A DNA stretch of 64,000 nucleotides, taken from NCBI GenBank assembly GCA_963843145.1, contig CAWJJC010000028.1, positions 608,001 through 672,000 of the forward strand, written 5' to 3'. This document shows, piece after piece, positions 39,732 to 50,304 of this stretch (position 1 is the stretch's first letter; each line of letters begins with the position of its first letter). A model generated the notes under the pieces. The model did no database searches. It saw nothing but the letters and a program-made list of their open reading frames with translations, and was not told where the DNA came from. This DNA is from an uncultured delta proteobacterium. GTDB taxonomy: Bacteria; Desulfobacterota; RBG-13-43-22. The position numbers and the translations under genes were made by a program.

Positions 39732-41555
39732 ATGGGAGTAAATTATTTTAACCGGAATGAAAGAGACACCAAGTTCGTATTGTTTGAGTACCTCAATATA
39801 GCGCAACTGCTGCAATACGAGCGCTACAAGGATTTCAGCCAGGAAGATTTCGAGATGATCATCCAGGAAGGACTCAAGCTGGCCAAGGAAGTACTCGGCC
39901 CAACCATGCAGGATGGCGACCGCGAGGGTTGCCAATATGACGAGGGAAAAGTGACGGTCCCAGAATCCTTTCACCAGTGCTGGAAGGTCATAGCCGAAAA
40001 CGGCTGGGTTTCCATGTCCGGTCCCCCTGAGCGGGGAGGCCAGGGGCTTCCGGCTTCCCTGAGCGGTCTGGTGAGCGAGTTCTTCTTGGGGGCCAACATG
40101 GCCATGATGACCTATCCGGGGCTGACCACGGGCAACGCCGACGTGATCGAACATTTCGGAACCGACCTGGACCGGGAAATGTTTGTGGAAAAGCTCAATA
40201 CGGGCGTATGGACCGGGACCATGTGCCTCACCGAACCCGACGCCGGGTCGGACGCGGGCCATGCGCGGACCAAAGCCGTGCCCGTTTCCGGGTCCAGTGA
40301 CCCGCGGATCTATAACATAGAGGGCAATAAACGCTTTATCACCTGCGGGGACCACAACCTGACCGAGAATATCATTCACCTGGTCCTGGCCCGTATCGAG
40401 GGGGGCCCTCCGGGGACCAAGGGCATCAGCCTGTTTATCGTGCCCAAGGTCTGGGTGAATCCGGACGGTAGCCTCGGCGAACCCAATGATGTCTTCTGCA
40501 CCGGCATCGAGCACAAGATGGGGATCCACGGTTCCACCACCGCCTCCTTGAGCTTTGGGGAAAAAGGCCAATGCCGGGGTATCCTGCTGGGCGAACCCCA
40601 CAGCGGCATGGCCAAGATGTTTCTGATGATGAACGAGGCCCGCATGGGCTGCGGGGTTCAAGCGTTGGGTCTGGCGAGCAGCGCCTATGACGCGGCCCTT
40701 CAGTATGCCAAAGAAAGGGTCCAGGGTCCTCCGTTTACCAACCGGAAAGCGGACCGGGTCCGGATCATCGAACACGAGGACGTCCGTAGGATGCTGATGA
40801 ACCTCAAGGCCGGCAGCGAGGCCATGCGGGCCATGATCGGAAAGCTATATTACCTGATCGACGTGGCCTTGTCCGAGCCCGACGAAGCAAAAAAGAAGCA
40901 GGCCGCCAACCAGGTCGAGCTGCTGACCCCCCTGGTCAAGGCCTACTGTTCCGATTTCGGCTATAATCTCACCCGCGATGCCATGCAGGTCCTGGGCGGG
41001 GTGGGCTACTGCGCCGAGTTTCCGGTGGAACAGTATGCTCGGGACATCAAGATCGTTTCCATCTGGGAGGGAACCAACTATATCCAATCCCTGGACCTGA
41101 TCGGTCGGAAAGTCCCCATGGAGGGTGGGGCCGTTTTCCAGTCCTGGATCCAGAATATCTTCGACTTCACCAAGGAACACAAGGAGGATCCCGATTTCGC
41201 GGCGGATCTAAAGCTGCTTTTCAAGGCGGCCCAGGCCACCGGGGACTACACCCTGCGCTTCATGCAGTATTTCCAAGGGGGGAAGGCGAAGCTCATCCCC
41301 TTGGCCGCCACTCGCTTTTTGGAGTGTTTTTCCGAAGTGCTGATGGCCTTCCTGATGCTGGAGCAGGGTCTGGTCGCCCGGGAAAAGTTGAAGGGTGTGG
41401 AAGCGACCTCGGCCGACGGCTACTTCTATCGGGGCAAAATAGAAACCGTTAAATATTTTTGCCGGAATATCCTGACCAACGTCTTCTCCCGCTATACCAG
41501 CTTTCAGCAGGAAGACACCTCGGCGGTGGATATCCCGGAGGAGGCGTTCGTTTAG
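39732..41555 (+). CDS. Long (~600 aa) acyl-CoA dehydrogenase
   Basis: MCLTEPDAGSD, EHKMGIHGS, MMNEAR, IWEGTNYIQ. Confidence 0.94.
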   Translation: MGVNYFNRNERDTKFVLFEYLNIAQLLQYERYKDFSQEDFEMIIQEGLKLAKEVLGPTMQDGDREGCQYDEGKVTVPESFHQCWKVIAENGWVSMSGPPERGGQGLPASLSGLVSEFFLGANMAMMTYPGLTTGNADVIEHFGTDLDREMFVEKLNTGVWTGTMCLTEPDAGSDAGHARTKAVPVSGSSDPRIYNIEGNKRFITCGDHNLTENIIHLVLARIEGGPPGTKGISLFIVPKVWVNPDGSLGEPNDVFCTGIEHKMGIHGSTTASLSFGEKGQCRGILLGEPHSGMAKMFLMMNEARMGCGVQALGLASSAYDAALQYAKERVQGPPFTNRKADRVRIIEHEDVRRMLMNLKAGSEAMRAMIGKLYYLIDVALSEPDEAKKKQAANQVELLTPLVKAYCSDFGYNLTRDAMQVLGGVGYCAEFPVEQYARDIKIVSIWEGTNYIQSLDLIGRKVPMEGGAVFQSWIQNIFDFTKEHKEDPDFAADLKLLFKAAQATGDYTLRFMQYFQGGKAKLIPLAATRFLECFSEVLMAFLMLEQGLVAREKLKGVEATSADGYFYRGKIETVKYFCRNILTNVFSRYTSFQQEDTSAVDIPEEAFV

Positions 41556-41559
41556 GTTC

Positions 41560-41665
41560 TTGAAATTCGAAGTCTGAGGTTCGAAACGGACGGTAAGGTT
41601 CAAATACCAGGAAGGTTTCTCGAACAAGGCAATCATTCACGATCGGATTTCGAGTTTCGAATTTT
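41560..41665. repeat. Degenerate heptamer IR element
   Basis: aaattcgaagtctgaggttcgaaac ... cggatttcgagtttcgaattt. Confidence 0.55.
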
Positions 41666-41710
41666 AGCTTAGAATTAGGTTAGCCCGAATTTTAAAAAGA
41701 GGAGGAATCA

Positions 41711-44128
41711 ATGGGTTTTCAAATAAAAAAAGCCATGGTCATCGGTTCCGGTGTCATGGGCGGGGGAATCGCCGGCCATCTGGCCAATGCGGGGATCCCC
41801 GTTTACCTGGTGGATATCGTCCCCTTCAAGCTGACTCCCGCGGAGGAGGCCAAGGGGCTGACTTTGAAGAGCCCGGGCGTTCGCAACCGGATCGTCAAAC
41901 AGGGAATAGATTTTCTGAAAAAATCCAAACCGCCGGGGTTGTTCAGCCCCACCCGGATGGAGCTGATCACGGTCGGCAATATGGAAGATGATTTCGACTG
42001 GATCAAAGAGGCGGACTGGATCATCGAGGTGGTGGTGGAAAACCTCAAGATCAAGCACGAGGTGATGGCCAAAATCGAAGCGGCCCGCAAACCCGGCAGC
42101 ATCGTCTCCACCAATACCTCCGGTCTGCCCATTTATCAGATTGCCGAAGGGCGGTCGGACGAGTTCAAGGCCCATTTTTTGGGGACCCACTTCTTCAACC
42201 CGGCCCGGTATTTAAAGTTGTTGGAGATCATTCCCACGCCGGAAACCGACCCGAAGCTAACGGCCTTCATGATGCAATTCGGGGAACGCCGGTTAGGCAA
42301 GACCATGGTCCTGTGCAAGGATACCCCGAATTTCATCGCCAACCGGGTGGCCGGCATTACCGGGACTTCGGCCATCAACTACGTGTTGCAGAACGACCTG
42401 ACGGTGGAAGAGGTGGACGCCGTCACCGGTCCGCTGATCGGGCACCCCAAGACCGCCACCTTCCGACTCCAGGACCTGGTCGGACTGGACATCGCCAGCC
42501 ACGTGGCCAACAACCTCTATCCCGCCATCCCGGATGATCCTTTTCGGGAAGTCATCCAGGGGCCGGTCAAGGAACTGACCGGGAAAATGGTGGAAAAAGG
42601 CTGGTTGGGCAACAAGGCCAAACAAGGATTTTACAAAAAAATCAAAAGCCCGGAGGGGAAAAAGGACTATCTCATACTGGACCTCAAGACCCTGGAATAC
42701 CGACCTCAACAGAAACCGAATATTCCCTGGGTGAAACAGGCCAAAGGCATCGAATCCCTGCCGGAGCGGATAAAATTCATCAGCCAGCAGGATGACCGAG
42801 TGGCCAAGATGATCGCCTTCAACACCGCCCAGGCTTTATCCTATTGTGCCTGGCTGATCCCGGAAATTTCGGATGTCCTCTACTCGGTAGATGATGCCGT
42901 CCGGGCCGGTTTCTTCCATGAACTGGGACCCTTTGAGATCTGGGATATCCTGGGGGTCAAGGAAACCGTCGAGCGGATGGAAGCCGAGGGGTTTAAAGTC
43001 GCCGCTTGGGTCAAGGAGATGATCGCCGGCGGCGGCGAGACTTTTTATAAGAAGGACGGGGTTCGGAAGCTGTTTTGGGACCTGTCGAGCCGTTCCTATC
43101 AGCCCATCCCGGTGGACCCCAATTTTATTGTGCTCAAAGACCTGAAGGAAACCAAGGGCGTCCTGAAAAAGAACTTCAGCGCTTCCCTGATCGATCTGGG
43201 GGACGACGTCCTCTGCCTGGAGTTCCATTCCAAGATGAACGCCTTGGATCCGGATATTTTTGCTATGGGCACCCTGGCCCTGGAGGAGTTGGAAAAAGGC
43301 TATGCCGGCTTGGTGATCGGGAACCAGGGAGAAAATTTTTCCGTCGGGGCCAATGTGTTCAATGTGGTCATGGCCGCCGAAAACAAGATGTGGGGTGAAA
43401 TCGAGCAGGGCGTCAAATCCATGCAGGACCTGCTGGTTGGGTTTCGCTACTGCAACAAACCGGTGGTGGCGGCGCCCTTCGGCATGGCTTTGGGGGGCGG
43501 GGCCGAAGTGGCCATGGCCGCCGACCGGATCTGTGCCGCCGGCGAGTCGTATATGGGGCTGGTGGAAGTGGGCGTGGGGTTACTGCCGGCCGGGGGCGGC
43601 TGCCGGGAACTGCTCCGGCGAGTGGTCACACCGGCCATGAAACGGGCCGATTCCGATCCCCTGCCGTTCCTGGGTAAGGTGTTTGAAAACGTCGCCATGG
43701 CCAAGGTCAGCGCCAGCGCCCTGCAGGCCCAGGAAATGGGCTTCCTGACCGACTGCGACCGGATTATCATGAAAGGGGAGCATGTTTTGGCCGAGGCCAA
43801 GCGGGAAGTACTGGCCCTGGCCGCCGCCGGCTATGCCCCGCCGCCGCGGACCAAATCGATCTATGCCCTGGGTCAGCGGGGAGTCGCCGCCCTGACCATC
43901 ATGGTCCAGTCCATGCGCTGGGGGGATTTCATCTCCGAGTACGATATGTTTATCGCCAAAAAGATCGCCTATGTGCTCTCCGGCGGTGATTTAAGCGCTC
44001 CCCAGTGGGTGGACGAACAATATATCCTGGACCTGGAACGGGAGGCCTTCCTTTCCCTCCTGGGACAGGAAAAAACCATTGAACGGATCAAGCATCTGCT
44101 GATGACCGGCAAACCTTTACGGAATTAA
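41711..44128 (+). CDS. fadN: 3-hydroxyacyl-CoA dehydrogenase/enoyl-CoA hydratase (FadN-type)
   Basis: GSGVMGGGI, STNTSG, HFFNP; C-terminal crotonase FSVGAN, ALGGGAE. Confidence 0.92.
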   Translation: MGFQIKKAMVIGSGVMGGGIAGHLANAGIPVYLVDIVPFKLTPAEEAKGLTLKSPGVRNRIVKQGIDFLKKSKPPGLFSPTRMELITVGNMEDDFDWIKEADWIIEVVVENLKIKHEVMAKIEAARKPGSIVSTNTSGLPIYQIAEGRSDEFKAHFLGTHFFNPARYLKLLEIIPTPETDPKLTAFMMQFGERRLGKTMVLCKDTPNFIANRVAGITGTSAINYVLQNDLTVEEVDAVTGPLIGHPKTATFRLQDLVGLDIASHVANNLYPAIPDDPFREVIQGPVKELTGKMVEKGWLGNKAKQGFYKKIKSPEGKKDYLILDLKTLEYRPQQKPNIPWVKQAKGIESLPERIKFISQQDDRVAKMIAFNTAQALSYCAWLIPEISDVLYSVDDAVRAGFFHELGPFEIWDILGVKETVERMEAEGFKVAAWVKEMIAGGGETFYKKDGVRKLFWDLSSRSYQPIPVDPNFIVLKDLKETKGVLKKNFSASLIDLGDDVLCLEFHSKMNALDPDIFAMGTLALEELEKGYAGLVIGNQGENFSVGANVFNVVMAAENKMWGEIEQGVKSMQDLLVGFRYCNKPVVAAPFGMALGGGAEVAMAADRICAAGESYMGLVEVGVGLLPAGGGCRELLRRVVTPAMKRADSDPLPFLGKVFENVAMAKVSASALQAQEMGFLTDCDRIIMKGEHVLAEAKREVLALAAAGYAPPPRTKSIYALGQRGVAALTIMVQSMRWGDFISEYDMFIAKKIAYVLSGGDLSAPQWVDEQYILDLEREAFLSLLGQEKTIERIKHLLMTGKPLRN

Positions 44129-44143
44129 CCAGGAGGAATTTCC

Positions 44144-45322
44144 ATGAAAGATATAGTGATTGTAGCAGCGGCCCGGACGGCCGTCGGCCGCGCCAAGAGA
44201 GGAATTTTAGTCAACGTCCGGCCTGACGATATGGCCGCGCTGGTGTTGAATGAAGTGATCCAGCGCGCTCCCGGGGTAAAAAAAGAAGATGTGGAAGACG
44301 TGGTCATCGGCTGTGCCTTCCCGGAAAATACCCAGGGGTTGAATATGGGTCGTCTGGCGGTGATGAAAGCCGGGTTTCCCTATACCACCTCGGGCCAGAC
44401 CGTAAACCGGTTTTGCTCTTCCGGACTCCAGGCTATCGCCATTGGCGCCCAGCAGATCATGGCCGGCATGTGCGAAATCGTTGCGGCCGGCGGGGCGGAG
44501 TCCATGAGTCAGGTTCCCATGACCGGCTTCTATTTTGCCCCCAATCCGGGTCTGGTGGAGGAATATCCGGAAGCCTACATCGGCATGGGCCTGACCGCCG
44601 AAGGCGTGGCTGAAAGGTACAATGTCACCCGTGAAGATCAGGATCGGTTCGGGCTGAAGAGCAACGAGAAGGCCCTGGCGGCCATCGCGGATGGAAAGTT
44701 TCGGGAAGAGATCGTTCCGCTGGAAGTCAAGACCGTGGCGGTCAATGAAGCCGGGAAGCGCGTGGAAAAAGTAAAGAAATTCGACGTGGATGAAGGCCCG
44801 CGGCAGACCACGATAGAGCAGATGGCTTCTCTGAAGCCGCCCTTTAAGAAAGGCGGATCGGTTACGGCCGGCAACTCCTCCCAGATGAGTGACGGCGCCG
44901 CCGCGGTGCTGCTGATGACCGCGGAGAAGGCCGCCGCCCTGCGGCTCAATCCGCTGGCCCGCTATGTGGGCTTTGCCGTAGCCGGGGTGCCGCCGGAAAT
45001 CATGGGGGTCGGTCCCATGTATGCCATCCCTCAGCTCATGAAGGTGACCGGGAGGAAACTAAAGGAAATCGACCTGTTTGAAATAAACGAGGCCTTCGCC
45101 TCTCAGGCGCTGGCCTCTGTCCGGGAACTGGGCATCGATCCGGAGAAGGTCAACGTCAACGGCGGAGCCATCGCCCTGGGCCATCCCCTGGGCTGCACCG
45201 GGGCCAAGTTGACCGTGCAGCTCATTCACGAAATGAAACGGCGCGGCTCCCGGTACGGCGTGGTCTCCATGTGCATCGGCGGCGGCATGGGTGCGGCCGG
45301 GATTTTTGAAAACCTAACCTGA
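44144..45322 (+). CDS. fadA: Acetyl-CoA C-acyltransferase (thiolase)
   Basis: NRFCSSG, NEAFA, GHPLG, CIGGGMG. Confidence 0.95.
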   Translation: MKDIVIVAAARTAVGRAKRGILVNVRPDDMAALVLNEVIQRAPGVKKEDVEDVVIGCAFPENTQGLNMGRLAVMKAGFPYTTSGQTVNRFCSSGLQAIAIGAQQIMAGMCEIVAAGGAESMSQVPMTGFYFAPNPGLVEEYPEAYIGMGLTAEGVAERYNVTREDQDRFGLKSNEKALAAIADGKFREEIVPLEVKTVAVNEAGKRVEKVKKFDVDEGPRQTTIEQMASLKPPFKKGGSVTAGNSSQMSDGAAAVLLMTAEKAAALRLNPLARYVGFAVAGVPPEIMGVGPMYAIPQLMKVTGRKLKEIDLFEINEAFASQALASVRELGIDPEKVNVNGGAIALGHPLGCTGAKLTVQLIHEMKRRGSRYGVVSMCIGGGMGAAGIFENLT

Positions 45323-45631
45323 TCCAACTAATTCTAAATCCGATTTACCGTGTGTTTCCCCCCTCACCCGAAGTGTGAAAACGGGTGAGGGGGGACCCGT
45401 TCCAACCCAATCAGTGTTTCCTTGGTGAGCGTTCAACCCTGGCCGGAGAAAGCTATGGAAGTTGAAGCACTCCTCTCTACCCCTCAAAATCGAATTCAAT
45501 CCGTTCGGAATCCAGACCCCGGCTCAGATTCGAAGACCCTGGATGCCGGATCAAGTCCGGCATGACGAATGAAAACAAACGCCTAAAAGCGGTGTTCGAC
45601 TTTATTTACATTCCAAACCAAGGAGAAAAGC

Positions 45632-46855
45632 ATGTTTGATTTTTTATTGAGTGAAGAAGAAAGGGCTTTCCGGGATGAAGTCCGGGATTTTGTAAAAACC
45701 GTCCCCAGCCAACTCCTGCGAGATATGGATAACAGCAAAATAGAGACCGGTCGACCGTTCATCGAAATGGCGGCGGCCCGGAATCTTCTGGGGGCCCGTT
45801 TCCCGAAGGAGTACGGCGGCCGGGGGCTCAACTGGACGGCCGAAGTGGCGGCCGTGGAAGAGGTGGGGGTTTTAGGCAATTCCTTGTCCTGCGCTTACGT
45901 CATGCCCAGTATCGTGGGAGAGGCGGTCAACCTCTTTGGAACGGAAGAGCAGAAACGAAAGTACCTGGCGCCGACTCTGGCCGGGAAACTTTACAGCGCG
46001 GAGGCCTTGACCGAACCTCGGGGGGGATCCGATTTTTTCGGGGCCACCACCACGGCGGTTGAGGAAGGCGGTTGCTTCATACTCAATGGGGAAAAGAGGT
46101 TTGTGGTGGGCGCCCAGGATTCGGACTGGTTCCTGGTGTATGCCAAATCGGCCCCCCAGGCCCCGCCCCATAAATCGATCAGTTGTTTTATCGTGGAGCG
46201 GTCCTTCGGAGTGGAGGTTCAGAATATCTACCAATTGTTGGGAACCCGGGGCGGAGGGACCGGCCGCCTGGTTTTCAAGGATGTGCGGGTCCCCCGGGAA
46301 AATGTGGTGGGCGAATTGCACAATGCCTATGCCATTTTTAATCGCATGATGATTCCCGAACGGTTGTTGAGCGGGGCTGGTTGCGTCGGGGCCGGCCGGG
46401 CGGCCCTGGAGGTGGCGGCCCGGTATTCAACGCGGCGCAAGGCCTTCGGCCAGACCATTGATAAATTCCAGGCCGTCAATTTTATGCTGGCCGATTCCGT
46501 TGGCGCCCTGGACGCCGCCTGCTCCCTGGTCTATACGGCGGCCAGGTTGGTCGATTCCGGTGCGGACGGCCGACGTCTGGTTTCCGAGGCCAAGAAGGTG
46601 GGCACCGAAACGGCCTGGCAGGTGATCAACAACGCCATGCAAATCATGGGCGGAATCGGCTATACCACGGTCTATCCCATCGAGCGACTTTTGCGCGACT
46701 GCCGACTGGCCATGATCTGGACCGGGACCAACCAGGTAATGAACATGCTGGTCCAGCATGAATACTACAAGGAGCTCAAGCGCCGGGAAGGACTGGCCCG
46801 GGACATCGAGGGCGACGCCCAGACTCCGGATGAGGTGGAGAAACATTATGGATGA
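45632..46855 (+). CDS. Acyl-CoA dehydrogenase
   Basis: LTEPRGGSD, MIPER, MGGIGY, IWTGTNQ. Confidence 0.92.
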   Translation: MFDFLLSEEERAFRDEVRDFVKTVPSQLLRDMDNSKIETGRPFIEMAAARNLLGARFPKEYGGRGLNWTAEVAAVEEVGVLGNSLSCAYVMPSIVGEAVNLFGTEEQKRKYLAPTLAGKLYSAEALTEPRGGSDFFGATTTAVEEGGCFILNGEKRFVVGAQDSDWFLVYAKSAPQAPPHKSISCFIVERSFGVEVQNIYQLLGTRGGGTGRLVFKDVRVPRENVVGELHNAYAIFNRMMIPERLLSGAGCVGAGRAALEVAARYSTRRKAFGQTIDKFQAVNFMLADSVGALDAACSLVYTAARLVDSGADGRRLVSEAKKVGTETAWQVINNAMQIMGGIGYTTVYPIERLLRDCRLAMIWTGTNQVMNMLVQHEYYKELKRREGLARDIEGDAQTPDEVEKHYG

Positions 46856-46888
46856 AAGTCTTTATGAAGATGGGATGATATCCAGCAT

Positions 46889-47017
46889 CTCAAACTCGAA
46901 ACTCGAAATCCGAAACAAGCACTAAGGTCCAAAATTCAAATGATCAAAACATCCTCTATTCCTTGAATTGGGTCATTTGAATTTGTTTCGGATTTCGTGT
47001 TTCGGATTGCGAATTTA
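46889..47017. repeat. Heptamer-based inverted-repeat element
   Basis: aaactcgaaactcgaaatccgaaacaagcac..ggtcatttgaatttgtttcggatttcgtgtttcggattgcgaattt. Confidence 0.8.
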
Positions 47018-47078
47018 CCCTGCCAGGAATCAATACTGTGCAATGGGTCGAATTAACCCAAAGAAGAAGGAGGAGTAA

Positions 47079-47948
47079 GTGGCTCTAAAGACTGTTATTA
47101 CCTGCGCCTTGACCGGCGTTTTGACCAACCCGGCCGTTCACCACGTCCCGGTGACACCGGAGGAAATGGCCGAGCAGACACAGCAGGCCTACGATGCCGG
47201 GGCCTCTACAGTCCATGTTCATTTCCGGAATCAGGGTCCGGGGCTGGGGCATCTGCCCACCTGGGATCTGGAAACGGTTGGCGCCATCCTGGAGGCCGTC
47301 AAGACCCGGGTCCCGGAAATCATTATCTGTATGAGCACGGGGGTAATGGGGCCGGACATATCCGCTCCGGCGGCCTGCCTGGAAAAATTCAAACCGGAGA
47401 TGGCCGCCTGTAACGCCGGATCGCTCAATTATTTGAAGTTAAAGAGCGACGGAACCTGGGCCTGGCCGCCGACCTTGTTCGACAATCCGGTGGACAAGGT
47501 GGAACGGTTTCTACAGGTGATGAAGACCAACGGTGTGGTCCCTGAGTTCGAATGTTTTGACAGCGGGATCGTGCGGAGCGTCGGGCTGTACCAGCGTAAC
47601 GGGATGTTCGCCGGGCCGGCCCATATCTCCCTGGTCATGGGGGTGGCCAGCGGGATGCCGGCCAAGTCGGAATGGCTTCCGTTGTTGATGGAAGAGATGC
47701 CCGCGGGCGCCCTTTGGCAGGTGATTGCCATCGGGCGTCAGGATGTCTGGCCGCTCCACCGTCGGTGCGTGGAACTGGGTGGAAACGTTCGAACCGGCCT
47801 GGAGGATACCTTCTATCTGCCCAACGGGGGAAAGGCCCCTCACAATGGCGCCTTAATCGAGGCTTTGGGTAAGGTGGTTCAGGAGGCGGGAGGGGAGATT
47901 GCCAGTCCGGCCGAGGCCCGGGAAATACTGGGGCTGCCTGAGCGGTGA
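47079..47948 (+). CDS. Beta-keto acid cleavage enzyme (BKACE/DUF849, Kce family)
   Basis: ITCALTG, VPVTPEE, HVHFR, PEFECFD, VRTGLED. Confidence 0.93.
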   Translation: MALKTVITCALTGVLTNPAVHHVPVTPEEMAEQTQQAYDAGASTVHVHFRNQGPGLGHLPTWDLETVGAILEAVKTRVPEIIICMSTGVMGPDISAPAACLEKFKPEMAACNAGSLNYLKLKSDGTWAWPPTLFDNPVDKVERFLQVMKTNGVVPEFECFDSGIVRSVGLYQRNGMFAGPAHISLVMGVASGMPAKSEWLPLLMEEMPAGALWQVIAIGRQDVWPLHRRCVELGGNVRTGLEDTFYLPNGGKAPHNGALIEALGKVVQEAGGEIASPAEAREILGLPER

Positions 47949-48070
47949 GACTATCGGATTCTTACGTAGTGGAGGCTTCCCCCACCCCCCCAACCCCATA
48001 CGCGCTAACTTAAGAGGCGGGGGCTTCTATGTTGTCATTCCGGCGAAAGCCAGAATCCAGGGAGGCACTA

Positions 48071-48341
48071 CTGGATAAACACCCTGTGGTATACATTTTG
48101 GCAAGCCAAAGAAATGAGACCCTTTATGTTGGTGTGACTTCAGGCCTTGCTAATAAGGATCTGGGAACACAAAAACAACCTAGTCGAAGGGTTTACCAAA
48201 CGCTACGGAGTCCATCGACTGGTTTGGTATGAACTGCACGAGAGCATGGAATCCGCTATTAATCGGGAGAGGCAGATAAAAGAATTGAAACGAAAATGTA
48301 AACTGGTATTAATTGAAGGTATGAATCGAAATGAGGTATGA
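48071..48341 (+). pseudogene. GIY-YIG nuclease pseudogene preceded by a half REP (48033-48060)
   Basis: VYILASQRNETLYVGVTS / RIWEHK..GFTKRYGVHRLVWYE..AINRERQIK; frameshifted, CTG start, truncated C-terminus. Confidence 0.85.
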
Positions 48342-49171
48342 ATATGGAGAGCGTAAATAATCAGGAATTGGTCACCTACCATCGGGAGGGGCACTTGGGT
48401 TTTATCACCCTGAACCGTCCCGAGAAACGTAACGCCATGAACTGGGCCTTGTGGCTGGCGTTGGAGCAGGCCGTTCTACAAGCCGAAGCGGATAAGGAAG
48501 CCCGGGTGGTCATTGTGAAAGGGGAGGGGAAAACGTTTTGTGCGGGGCTGGATCTCGGACCGGAAAACGAACTCCTCCAGGCCATCGGGGCCACGCCCGG
48601 CGCCACTCAGAAACTGGATTTCTACCGGCTGGCCCGGAGGGGGCAGGATATCTTTACGAGGCTGGAACGCCTCCCCCAGCCGACGATCGCCCTCATTCAG
48701 GCCCACTGCCTGGGAGCCGGGCTGGAAATGGTCCTCTGCTGCGATATGCGTTTCTGCTCAGCCGAGACCCTGTTTGGCCTTCCCGAGCCGACGCTGGCCA
48801 TCATCACCGATGCCGGCGGCCTGCAGCGCCTGCCCCGGGTGGTGGGAAGAGGGCACGCCCGGGAGATCGCCTTCCGTGGCCACCGCTTTAATGCCGAGCG
48901 GGCCCGGGCCATCAACCTGGTCAATGACGTTTTCCCGGACCAAGAAAGTCTGGATTCTAAAGTAATGGAAATCGCCGCGGAAATCGCATCCAACCCTCCC
49001 CTGGCCGTCCAGGGGGCCAAGGAAGCCTTGCTCTTTAATGAAGAGGCCGATCTGCAGGAGTCGTTGGAATACACGGCCGCCCGCTCCAGCATGATCCTGC
49101 CCTCCGAAGACCTTTACGAAGCCATCGCGGCCTACATGGAAAAAAAGAAGGGGAAATACAAAGGGGCCTAA
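48338..49171 (+). CDS. Enoyl-CoA hydratase/isomerase (crotonase; dienoyl-CoA isomerase-like)
   Basis: LNRPEKRNA, FCAGLDL, DAGGLQRLPRVVG. Confidence 0.92.
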   Translation: MNMESVNNQELVTYHREGHLGFITLNRPEKRNAMNWALWLALEQAVLQAEADKEARVVIVKGEGKTFCAGLDLGPENELLQAIGATPGATQKLDFYRLARRGQDIFTRLERLPQPTIALIQAHCLGAGLEMVLCCDMRFCSAETLFGLPEPTLAIITDAGGLQRLPRVVGRGHAREIAFRGHRFNAERARAINLVNDVFPDQESLDSKVMEIAAEIASNPPLAVQGAKEALLFNEEADLQESLEYTAARSSMILPSEDLYEAIAAYMEKKKGKYKGA

Positions 49172-49225
49172 CCGGGAGACAGGCCAGCCCGGTGGCGGTA
49201 CCGGGCTGGCCCGGGTAAGGAATGA

Positions 49226-49645
49226 TTAAATGGATTTTTCCCAGCCCTGCCCGAAGTCGGCCAGCGGCCTTATCTCCAGCACCTCAAAGGTAACGGCCGC
49301 CTGGATCATCTTGGAGGCATTTTCTCCGGCTTTTTCGGCAATGGCTTTGCGGACCTGTTCCAGCTTGTTCCCTTCCAGGTCGATTTCGGTGGCTTTTAAA
49401 TAGAGGCGAACTCCTTTCCATTCCGGCAGGGTGTTGCCCGGCTCCATAATCATGTAGGCAGCCCAGGGGTTTTCCTTCAGGTTGGCCAGGGTCCGGTTAT
49501 TTCCCAAACCCATAAATACGGTCTTGGGATCGGTCATTCGAGGGGAGCCGAAATAGGCCACGTTGACTTTCCCATCCTTGCCGGCGGTGCTCAAGGTGCC
49601 GAGGCGGGGTTGCTTGTTGAAGTATTCCATCAGTTTTTCGTTCAT
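49226..49645 (-). CDS. Pyridoxamine 5'-phosphate oxidase-like FMN-binding protein
   Basis: LSTAGKDGKVNVA, RTLANLKENP, GVRLY. Confidence 0.85.
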   Translation of the reverse strand: MNEKLMEYFNKQPRLGTLSTAGKDGKVNVAYFGSPRMTDPKTVFMGLGNNRTLANLKENPWAAYMIMEPGNTLPEWKGVRLYLKATEIDLEGNKLEQVRKAIAEKAGENASKMIQAAVTFEVLEIRPLADFGQGWEKSI

Positions 49646-50304
49646 GACTTCTCCTTTTTCGTATTAGTTAACCCCGGAATCAAATCCGGGTGTGGAACAT
49701 CTGAGCCGGTTTTAATCCGGCCCGCTTGGCGGCTTCGGCCACGGCACGGATTTCGGCTGTGCCTCGGTCGGTCAGGGACCGATCGGGATCTTCCTTTTCC
49801 GCTTTGGCTTCACCGTGCTGGACGAGGTACAGTCTCATTTTTAGGCCCTTCTGCAGAATTTATGGGCGCTGAATCGGTGCCTGCCAGACTCCGTTTCCAA
49901 TCCTGCAAGAGAGATAGGCGTGTACGAGTAGGGCGCCACCCCTCCGCTCCACTACTCTTTTGCCAGGTTTCGCTGCCAGGCAACAAGCATTCCCGGAGAC
50001 ATCAAGGTTCGCCGCCGCGTGGGGTTCCGTACTCGTACACTTACTCGTACACGCAAATCTTCCCTGCAATGACCTGAATATCTCAATTGCAGGGATAAAC
50101 TATTCCCCTTCTCAATCAATTTCCGCCACCTGCCTACATCAAAACATTCTGTTCGGGCTGCAGAGCCTCCCAAACTTGCCCAAAGATTCCGCGGATGAGC
50201 CCTTTTTTCTGCCTAGACGTTTTGTATGTATTATCTTAGATGAAAACAGACGATCTGTCAATGGAGGTCCTGTTTCGAGGAATTTCAAAGAGGAGAAGGG
50301 AGTC

